From: Basidiobolus meristosporus CBS 931.73 | Lineage: Eukaryota > Fungi > Basidiobolomycota | Direction: 5' to 3' | NCBI GenBank assembly: GCA_002104905.1 | Contig: MCFE01000345.1 | Span: 26,260-90,259, forward strand | DNA: 64,000 nt | Shown: positions 50,581 through 60,909 of the stretch, piece after piece | Layout: each line of letters starts with the position of its first letter | Numbering within the stretch: the stretch's first letter is position 1 | Made by a program: the position numbers and the translations under genes | Notes under the pieces: model-generated | Databases searched by the model: none | Told to the model about the DNA's origin: nothing | The model's input: only the letters and a program-made list of their open reading frames with translations

Positions 50581-53450
50581 AAATCACTGGGGAAATGGTG
50601 TTACATATATGTGTGTATGTGGTGCCACTGCTTTATTTATAATGTTTACTATGGAGGATCATGACTGAATTTATATTTGTATAGGTGTAATATCTCAATT
50701 ATGATACTGTATTATATTCACATGAATATTGACAAAGAATGATATATTAGCATCACACTGTTGGGGGTCAAACTGCTTGCCCCATGGACAAGACCACTTT
50801 GATTCAATGCTATAGGTGAAGAGAAAAAAGTCCATATGGCTATTGCAGCAGGCCTCACAGCCATAAAGCACACAGACTGCATAGGAAGCATCAGAAGGAT
50901 CACAGACAATGATTTGTCACACAAATTATATTCAACCATTCTTTAGTTGCTGCTGTACTAACAGTATCTTGCTGGCCACTTGACACCTTGATATTAGCAC
51001 CTTCCCCTACTTATCACCTTGCACAAACTGAGTTGAGTGAGTTTGTGACACCTTTAGGCTCACTGTAGCCTTCTAAATATAGCACACAGAGTGATAGCAT
51101 TAAAGAAAGTGATATAATAGTGTCATTTTGTTGAGTGTCAAACTGTTTGCCTCATGAAGAAGACTAGTTTCAATCAACAATGTAAGAGAAGGTAAAAAGA
51201 CCATGTGGCTTTTGCACAAGCCTCTTAGCCATGAAGCCCACAGACAGTATAGGTAGCATAACAAGGATCACAGAGAAGTGTTTTGCCACATAATTTGTAT
51301 TTGACCATTCATCAGTCACTAATGTACAAATAATATCTTGCCAGCCACTGAATACTTCTATATTAGCACCTTGCTGTACTTGTAACCTGGCACAAACTGA
51401 GTCAGGTGCATGTATGATGTTCTTAGGCTCACCTCAGCCTTTTGAATATGGCATGCATAGTGATAGCTCTGAAGAAGAAGGCTCACTGTTGGATCTTAAG
51501 CCTATCTCCCCTAACAACAGTACCCTGTGTGAGTACTTAATGTAGTACCCACTCTTTGCCCAAGAGTTCTCCCCAGAGTCCTACCCAAAGTCCCTCAGTA
51601 TCCTCCCTATGATGGATTGTGAGCCTATCTCCCCTAACAACAGTGCACTGCATAAGCCAGGCCAAATCTTAAAATGTAATCAGACAACACCTGCAGAAAA
51701 AACTATCCGGATTATTTATGAAGCCAATTGATCCTAGTAGTTCATCTGCTGGAGAAATGTGTGATGTTGAGGCTTGAGAGTGGCATGTCTCCACAAATAG
51801 TAGTAATGGGGGCTGCAAGGACTTACTACTACTTCTTGCCAAAATCTTTGCACAATGTGTCTTATCATGTACATGGTACAAATGGATAATATCATGTGAC
51901 TGACAACATATGAGCCAGAGAGTGTCCTGATACCAGCATGTGTAGACACTTGCATAGCATTCACATCACAAAATTTCACCTTTGCAAGGTGTCCAGCTTA
52001 TCAGGAATCCACCTTCTTTGGATGGAGACATTATTCACACCCCCAATACATTCCAGTAATAGCCTGTCTAAAGAAGCTGTTGCAGCCTGGCAAATATTGT
52101 AAACCTATAGAGTACTGCTCTCAGTATCAATCAAGCTCAAACATTTTCAATATATTTGATTGCAAACATTACAAACATAAAAAAGCAAGGATTACTTTGA
52201 AGGTATATATAACCATGCCTTTGCCTTGGCACTTGACAAGTTTTATTAAACAAGTACTCCACCAGCAAATCCTGCTGACCACTGATTCTCATCAATCTTA
52301 AACTTCCATGTATCCTATAGTATTAGAGCAGAAATCTGATGATAGTGTCACCAGTGTCTGGGCCTAAAATAATGTTCAACCTGGACAGCTACCTGTACCC
52401 ATTGTTGGATAAATTTTGTATGCTTTCCAGTGGTATACTACTGAGTGTATCTTATTTCAAAGTGCATAAGTATATCTGTACTGGAGATACCCCAGCCATC
52501 AGCAAGATAGCTTGCTTTTCTATGCACATTGGCAAGTATTGCTGTTGCATGTGTGAGATCCATGGGACTTATTGCATAGCTCACACACAGTGCTATTATC
52601 CATACACCAGCACTAAGGACATCATCCTCCCACAGACAGAGCATACAAAAGTAAGCATGCAATTGTAGCAAAGTTAGCAAGCTTTAAGCCATTGGAGGGA
52701 ATATGGAATTGATTAGAAGCCAGAGATACTTAAGATAGCAAATACCTCTTGGAGCAATGCTCTGCTGGAGCAATGCATTTGTGTTTCAATAATATCACTT
52801 TAATAATGACTAATATGTACAAGAGGCATTTCAAGCTGAATGACCCCTTTAAGATACCAGAAAAATTCAACAGAATAGGCAGGATATTACAGAGTAGTTG
52901 CAATCCAAAGTACTTCTTGTGGACTCCAATCAAAATTCATACATATATGCAACAATACAAATGCAAGGACTGGATCAACTGGATATCTATTTATTCAAGA
53001 GGCCTTCTGAAGCCATATTTACCAATAGTATATTTTGAGTATTGGGAGTCATATCCTGACATTGAAAAATATTCAGCCAGAAGCAGATCACTAAAGCCAA
53101 CTTGACACATCTACAGCTTTTATGCAAAGAGCTGGTAATAAGATTTGAGTGGCTATATTACAAGCAGAAAGCTCAACTTGTAGATCTCTGCTACTAACTT
53201 ATCCATTCTCTACTGCATCTTGCTTGGCATGTGTAAAATATTGGCCTTGCTTAATGTTTTAGGGGTTTCCTGTGGGGCAGATGCATGGGGCAATAGCAAG
53301 ATGAGTGCAGTGGCAGATACTACCATATCTTAATCTCCCCAATAATATTACTTGCAAGTCCACATTGATGCCAGCAGAGGTGAGCAATGATGCTGTCAGT
53401 GCACCATCAAGTTTCTTGCTATAGAAGGCAATTGGATGTATAGTCAGCAA
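50581..53450 (+). mobile_element. Degenerate CACTA/En-Spm copy with a duplicated transposase N-terminal region
   Basis: The transposase 5' segment appears twice (about 50740-51100 and 51100-51500), followed by GPKIMFNLDSYLYPL, GDTPAISK and AGAMHL. Subterminal sequence (minus) at 53330-53450. Confidence 0.8.
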
Positions 53451-53919
53451 CTCTTGGAAGCTTGAGTTTGAATCAATGAACTTAATCTTCCCGGATATTC
53501 TCTTGTTTGTCTACTAGTTGTTCAGCTGCATATGGACATTTTCTGATGATCCTGAATAATCCCATCCATTGTGGCTCAGACTTCTTTCAAATGTAGTTTA
53601 TTTACAATTCAAAGTTCCCAACTGTCAATGCATTGGGTAATATGGTCTCATCAAATATCTGCTTCATCTTCACTACACTTAGTGATGCTAAGGCCCATGC
53701 CTCATGACATCTTTGTTCTAGCTGCTAATGTCTACTTGGCTGACTGACTTCATATTCTAAGGAGTCTGTAAGCTTTTGTTGTGTGAGATCTTGCAGAATC
53801 CTTGGTTCACATCCATACACTAGTAGAATGGCAATTGTTAAGTGGTGTTGTGCATTCAGGCTCTGTAGGCAAGAAGTGCTTAGTCTATATACTCATCCCA
53901 TCTACTGACAGTTCTATCT
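53450..53919 (-). pseudogene. Ty3/Gypsy integrase C-terminal fragment
   Basis: Reverse strand reads, across stops and a frameshift, RWDEYID*ALLAYRA*MHNTT*QLPFY..YGCEPRI and later EPQWMGLFRII, matching the integrase core end and GPY/F-like region. Confidence 0.7.
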
Positions 53920-56123
53920 CCCTATGAAAAGTAATTTGGTCCTGCGGGTGGATCCAATCCGGATCATCCGTCAAGATCCCGTTCAGAGACCGTCATAATA
54001 ACAGCAGCTTGGAATTAGTGACCCTCCTGACAATCTTATAACAAGATCATGACAGTGTTTTGCAAATTTTTCAGCCAAATAAAGGGATAAAACTTGACAA
54101 TTTTTGATCGGTGCTGTGACAATATTTGCATGTTATTGTTGCAGTCTTTCAGCACTCTATTACTATTTTAAGTGGATCCAGTTGGCCAGGACTTCCAATT
54201 GCCTTATATGGCAAGAAACTTGACGGTATTTTGATGGCCTCACAGCAAGACTATGATGGCTTTTTTTACGGCAGTATGATGGCCTGCCACTGGTTATGTA
54301 TAATACTACCGTACCAATTTACCAAATAGTATTTCCTTTTTCTACCTCCCCTTGTGCAATTCATATATTCCACTGTAGAATCACCTTTCTTTATTTGCTT
54401 ACCCACTACTACCTTGGGTATTCCACATATAGTTCAAATCAAAAAAAACTATGGCCTCCTGCTTACTAACCTCTACAAACGCACACACCTGCTGCAATTG
54501 AAATACTTCTATCACCTCAACTTTACGGCTTTTTAGTGTGATACTTGCAAAGTTGCCATATACCTTGTACTGCTGGTAGCATATACATCTTGCAAACATA
54601 TGCTTGGTTGTTGCCACTTCTTCCATGAATACCGCCTGAATATTGGCAAAGAACTTCTTGGTATTTAGCCAGTATATTCCTTCTCCCTGCTGGATTCTAG
54701 TCCCCCTTAGAGGTGCGCTCTGGCTTTTGTTTGTGTGAATTCTGTATTGAATGGTGTAGAAGTTGGCTTGTGACCACACAAAGTCCGGCATATCTTGGTG
54801 GAGTTTTCCTGATAAAAATTAGTTGCTTGTTGAACCCAACCCAACTTTGCATTACTTAAATGATTACCCATGCATTGGGGCTGCTTAGCTTCTTAATGCC
54901 ATAGGCATAGTTGTCTCCATGTGCACATTTGTCCTCAGTATTTTCCAACTCTTCTGGGCTGTCCTCCATGTGCCAACTCATCACATCCATGACGGACTTG
55001 AAGGTAATATTCTTGATGAGATTGGGATATGGTAGTACCTGCAACTTGACTTGTCTTCCTATCTCCCCACACATCCACTCCATAGGAAACTCCCAAAAGG
55101 TGAAGCAAGGCCCAATATTCTCCACACACCGTGCAAGATGGAGTAGAGAATGGATACAGTAGCGGCAAAGATCTACATGTTGAGCTTTATGTCTGTAGTA
55201 TAGCCGCTCAAATCCGTCACAAACTCCTCACACAACAGCTGTAGATGCGTCAAGTTGGCATTGGTGATCCACTTCTGGATAAATATTTCTACAATGTCCA
55301 CATATGACTCTCAATACTTCCAATGTACTCTTGGTAGGAATGGCTTCAGAACACCACTTGAATAAATACATATCCAGTTCATCCAGTCTTGGCATTTGTA
55401 TTGTTGCATATGAGTATGAATATTAATTGGAGCCCATGAGAAGTACTTAGGGTAGCGGATACTCTGTAATATCTTGCCAATTTTTTCAAATTTCTCCGGT
55501 ATCTTGAAGGGCTCATATAGCTTGAAATTCCCCATGTACAACTTGGTCATCAGTATAGGGATATTGTTGAAAAGCAAATGCATTGCTCCCTGTGGAAAGC
55601 TTTTGCTCCAACAGATACCTTCTATCTTAAGTATCTCCGGTTTCCAATTGATTCTATATTCCGGCCAATGGCTTATAGCTTGCCAACTTTGCTGCAATTG
55701 CATGCTTACTTCTGTACATTCTCTCTGTGGAAAGATGATGTTCTTAGTGCTGGTGTTTGGGTAATAATAATGTGTGTGTGAGTTATGGAGTAAATCCCCT
55801 GGATCTCACACATTTGACGGTAATACCGTCCATTGTACCCAGAAAAACCTGCTATCTTGCTGATGGCTGGGGTATCTCCAATGCAGATAATAATATGCGC
55901 TTATACATGATGGCCATTCACCATTATCCCGCTGGAAAGCATACAAAATTCATCCAGCAATGGATACATGTAGCTATCCAGGTTGGACTGTGATTTAGGC
56001 CCAGATACCAGTGAGACTACCATCAGATTATTGCTCTGATACCGTAAGATGGGCGGCAGATTCAGATTGATGAGAATCAGTGGCCGGCAGGATTTTCTGG
56101 TAGAGTACTTGTTTAACAAGAAT

Positions 56124-57352
56124 TGTTGTGTTGTATTATGATTAGTTTTGGGCTTGTTCTACAATGTAGAGGCTAATCAACAATATACAACAACTTCCAG
56201 TATGCTAATACTGAAATAGTTTATTGGGAGTTTGATATACCAATAGAAGATATAGCTTTCACTAATTTTCTCAATCTTAGGCTCAAAATATGTTGTAGGC
56301 AGTGTTTATCACTTCTACAGCAGTGTTCTGACCTTCTGTTGACTAATCGGCTTATTTACTTTTATAGCAACTTTTCCTTATTTGAAAGTCACTTTCCTTT
56401 CTGAGAAAATATTTGCTAATATGGAAATTCTGAACTCCCCTTTAACCTAAAGGGGTGTGTTGTAGAAGTCTCTGAAGGGGTCTTTAGACCTAAAGGGGTG
56501 TCTAAAGGGGTGTCTTTAGAGTAAAGGGGCTTCTTGTAGTGGTCTCTGAAGTGGACTCTACACTAAAGGGGTGCCTAAAGGGGCTTCTTTAGAGTAAAGG
56601 GGTTTCTTAAAGGGGTCTCTAGACTAAAGGGGTGTCTAAAGGGGTGTCTTTAGAGTAAAGGGGTTTCTTAGAGGGGACTTTTCCGACAGAAAAGTGGTAG
56701 TCTCTTGTAGAACTTGGATTGGATTCTTGTGAGCTTTGCAGTCTCTTTACTGATGTAGTACTGATCAAAGTCAGAATACTCAGAAGTGCAAGTGATGCAG
56801 GGGAAGTCTTATAACCCTTAAACCTGTAATTGTAGTGTGGAGATTCTGGAAAGAGAGGCTCTCTTTTATTTTCAGCTGGGGAAGTCATATATATGAAAAT
56901 TTTGAAGGGTCAAAGTTTTTGAATGATTGCGCAATCAATACACGTGATGCAGAGCTAAAATTTTGCAGTACTGCAGATCGGCCATAGGTGCAGCACCTGT
57001 AAAAATTTCACATGATTCGACTGGCTGGTTCAAAAGTTACAAGCAATCAAAGTCACCCTAGTAATCCTAGCAATAAGGCATAGTATATATACTAATTGGA
57101 CTCTTTTGGTCATAACTCCTTAAGTACTGCTTCAAATGAGCTGTAATTTGAAACATGTGGTGGCTACAATGTGTTCTGTATGACATAATATTCTTGGGTG
57201 GATTGCTTGTCAGGGTCTGGAGCATTTGTTCTTCAAAGTTGGAAATTGTTGATCTTTCACTTGTGTGTTACAATAGCAAATAGCAAAATAAAGAAATGAG
57301 TGCAATATTGGTTTAGAGATATTGTAGTAATGGAATACTTTCCATTACCACA
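56124..57352 (+). mobile_element. 1229-bp solo LTR-like insertion (family Y)
   Basis: TGT...ACA ends and a 4-bp TSD GAAT; removing it restores the transposase motif DGF-x-LNK. TATA-like TATATATA near 57086 and AATAAA near 57286. Confidence 0.78.
56437..56676 (+). repeat. TAAAGGGG-based tandem array with a ~46-nt higher-order unit
   Basis: Thirteen GGGG tracts on one strand. The unit CTAAAGGGGTGTCTAAAGGGGTGTCTTTAGAGTAAAGGGGYTTCTT occurs three times. Confidence 0.9.
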
Positions 57353-58614
57353 GAATCCATCAAGTGCTTAGGCAAAGGCATGGTCATACATACCTTCAAA
57401 GTAGCCCTTGCTTCTTAGCTGTTTGTAATGTTTGCCATTGAATACATTGGATATGTTTGCGCTTGATTGATACTGAGTGCGGTACTGTATAGCTTTGCAA
57501 TATCTATTGGACTGCATCAGCTTCCTCAGACAGGGTGTGAACGGAATATATCTGGAGTATGAACAATGTTTTCCCTCAATGGTGGTGGATTCCTGACAAT
57601 TTGGACACGTTGCAATGGTAGCATTTTTGGATGTGAATGCCATGCAACTATTAACAAATGCTGGAATCAGGACAGTCTCTGGATCATATGTTGCCAGCCG
57701 CATGATGGTTATCCACTTGTACCATGTACATGGTAAGTTGCATCCCGGTATGATTTTGGCAAGAAGTAGTAATAAATCCTCAAAGCCCCCATTACTGATA
57801 TTAGTGGAAACACGCCACTTTTCTAGCCACAACATCACATCATTCACCAGTAGATAGATTACTGGGCTCACTTGGCTCCATAAAGTATCCTTGGCATTTG
57901 TCTCAACGGGTGTTGTCTCATTGCATATAAGGATTTGACCAGGCTCATATGTGGTACTGTTGTTAGGGGAGATAGGCTCAAAATCCATCAGTGAACCTTC
58001 TTTGTCAGAGCTATCACTCTGCATGCCATATTCAGAAGGCTGAGGTGAGCCTAAAGGTGTCACAAACTCACCTGACTCAGTTTGCGCAAGGTGACAGATA
58101 TGGCCAGGTGCCAATATAGAAGTATCAACTGGCCAGCTAGATAATGTTGGTACAGTAGTGACCAATGAATGGTCAAATATGACTTGGGTGGCAAAACACT
58201 GGCCGTGATCCTTGTAATACTTCCTATGCTGTCTGCATGCTTCATGGCTGAGAGGCTTGCCACAATAGCCACATGATCTTTTTTCTCTTCTCTTATGGTG
58301 TTGAGTCAAAGTAGTCTTGTCCATGGGGCAAACAGTTTGACCTTCAACAACATAACGCTGTTATATCACTTTTTGGTCAATACTCATGTGAACTTGAGAC
58401 AATCTTGTATTTGAGATATTGCATCTACATGAATGTAAGATTCAATGATGACCCGCCATAGTAAGCATTATAAATAAAGTTGTGGCACCACATACACATG
58501 TATATGTAACACTATTTCCCCTTTGGTTTGACTCACTTCCATATATATGCCGCCCAAAAATAAAGCAAAGTTGTCTGGTTCTCACCAAACCCTACCGCTG
58601 ATGGCAACAAAAGA

Positions 58615-60612
58615 ATGGTTGGACAACAGCTTGCTTTGACATTCAGTGCAACAAGCAGGGCTACATCCAAAAAAGGCCCTGTGGATAGTGAGCCCATTGA
58701 AGGTAATAATGCGGACTCCTCAGGCTCTCAGTCAAGTAGGCAATTGAGAACCTCTGTGGAGCCACAGCTGACTGTTATGCTCAGGCAGATGAGAATGTAG
58801 CAAATGCAGTACCCTCTGTTGAAGATCAGCAAGTGGCCATGATAACATCACCACCACCCATATTAGCAAGTATGTTGTCAGCCCATACCAAAGTATTAAT
58901 GAAGCAATTAGGTGCAGTGGCTGATAGGATAGATGCAATGGCCCAGAGAAATCAGGAAGTAGTCCAGAAGCAGGATGAGCAGATAATACGTGTAGAGCAA
59001 TCAATATCCCAGGTAGAGAAAGCAGTATCTTTGCTGCAAAGAAAAAACTCAAGTAGCTCAATGTCACAGCCAAGAATTGAGGCATTTCCCAATGTAACAG
59101 CAGAGGAACACCGTACAGTCTTTGAGGCACAACAACAGTGCCAAAGATAAAGCCCACCAAAAAACCTATCACAGCATGGGAGGGAGACATTGTGGTGTTT
59201 ATACGAAGGCCTAAAAATCAAAAGACATTGAAGATCTGTGAAGCCATTGAGTGCAATAATGAAGAGTGGGCTAATATACAAGAGGCTGTCAGAAGTCTAG
59301 CACACCATCACCTTAAGGCTGGCATACCATGGGACCATCAGGAACTCAAGGCCAAGCAGAATCCACTTGACTTGTTCCATGAGCATTATCCTGGATTCAA
59401 ATGGGCAAATGGATTTTGGGCCAGCATTGGTATGCTAAGAAAGTATCTTAAGAATAGCAGAAACTATCAAAGGCAGAAGAACAAGGGTGCCATGGCCAAA
59501 AACCAGGGGCTTCCTCAAGAGCCTGTTACAAGCAGGGCCAAAGCTCCAGACAAGCGTCAAAGAAATGTCAGGCAGCTGGAAGAGTGCCAATTAAGGACAA
59601 GCAGGCAGACATGGATGCACCTGCACAACATTTATCAAGGAAAAAGCATAGTACCACTTAAGAAGCACCCAGTCAAAGCAGCAGTGAAGGACCTGGCAGT
59701 GATAAAAACCAGCCACTATTACAGGAGCCCATCACAACTGCAGTTGAGAGCTCAAAACAAGCTGAAAAGAAACATCAGGTTGCCAGAAGAGTGCCAGCAA
59801 GGGACAAGCAGGCCAAAACAGATGCGTCAAAGCAGAATTTATCCAGGAGAAAATGTAGTTCTTTACAAGAAGCACTCAGACAAAGTAGCAGTGAAAGACC
59901 TGGCAGTGATAAAGGAAAAGGTAAAGGGAAAAATGCCTACCCAAGCCTGAGACAGGGAGGCATGCAAAAAAAACTGCAGTTCTTGCCAATTAGCGCTGCA
60001 AGCCAGGAACAGACTGAATCCCATCATAGCCAAGAAGAATTACCAACAAGAAAACAGCTGTTTTCACAAGAGTTGGAAGCGCAGCCAGTTGAGCTACACT
60101 CCAGCAAGGTAGATGAGTTTGCTGAAAAAGGCAATTTGTCTACCATAGCCTCCACAGCCTCCATGGTTGACAGAGTGGAGATCCCACTGACAGACAAGGC
60201 TACAACGTCAAGAGCTTGAAAGACTATCACAATGCCTTCAGTGGAGTTTTGGAAAATTAATAGGCACACCAAGAGGTTGCAGCACTTCTTCAAGAACAGT
60301 GCTCAAGAAAACACACTGGAATATTGCAAGGATTTATTGCAAAGACTGGCAGATGAGGAGCTAGACCTTGCAGTGCCAGCTGAAGACCAGGACGTGTGGG
60401 AACCAGTGAATGAACAGTGGCATAAAGCTGTTGGGTTCCTGCCAAAGTTGTGGAACCAGAGCGTTACAGCAGAAATTCTTATTGAGTAGTGGATTTTAAT
60501 GGAGTTACTTGTTGAGTGTGGGGTTGGGCTTAATGTTAGTGTAGGGTATAGAGACTTGTATAGGTCAATACAATTGGCAGTTGAGGTACAACTGAAGTTT
60601 CAATGGAAATAA
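58615..60612 (+). pseudogene. CACTA accessory ORF2 of unknown function, frameshifted
   Basis: Consecutive open segments 58615-58800, 58833-59150, 59138-59950, 59791-60219 and 60232-60612. Homologues lie at the same position in copies at 26400-27927, 32683-33240, 41200-43100, 60910-61894 and 62563-63290. Confidence 0.75.
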
Positions 60613-60909
60613 ATCAATTCATACGCATGAAAAGTAAGAGAAACAGTTGAGTCAGGAAGTAAGGAGTGTGAAAAAGAGGCAATAGAGTGTCCAGGATCAG
60701 AAAGTGAGCAAATTGGCAGGGAACCAATCAAAAGCCACTTATACATTGTTGTGATGAAAAATTTTGACAAAGTTTTTTGTGAAATCTGGGGTGCAATTAT
60801 TTTCAATGGTCTCTGGACAGAGTCCTAACAAGATGAGTACCTCTCAGTGACGGGACATTAACTTTGTGACGGCCTTTTGACGGGATAATCACAATAACTT
60901 CTCATAGGG

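Larger units (their letters stand above)
54300..58324 (-). pseudogene. Tnp2/Transposase_21-type CACTA transposase, split by the 56124-57352 insertion; 3' end approximate
   Basis: N-terminal CGYCGKPLSHEAC; then IPAFVNSCMAF, FNGKHYKQL, ALDGF, PLILINLNLPP, GPK..LDSYMYPL, GDTPAISKIAGFSG, GAMHLLFNNI and GPCFTFWEFPMEWMCG. Confidence 0.9.
53920..60909. mobile_element. Best-preserved CACTA/En-Spm (CMC) element with two divergent ORFs
   Basis: Imperfect TIRs CCCTATGAAAAGTAATT and (reverse complement) CCCTATGAGAAGTTATT. It retains many CpGs lost in the other copies. The flanks (TCT and GTC) belong to different host elements, so no TSD pair is seen. Confidence 0.9.

Noticed and set aside
56437-56676. 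CRISPR-like or telomeric array
   Set aside because: No constant repeat with unique spacers, no cas genes, eukaryotic context, and not TTAGGG. It is internal to an insertion.
56619-56888. 89-aa minus-strand ORF running into the G-tract repeats
   Set aside because: No recognisable motif, and the frame is stopped by the repeat.
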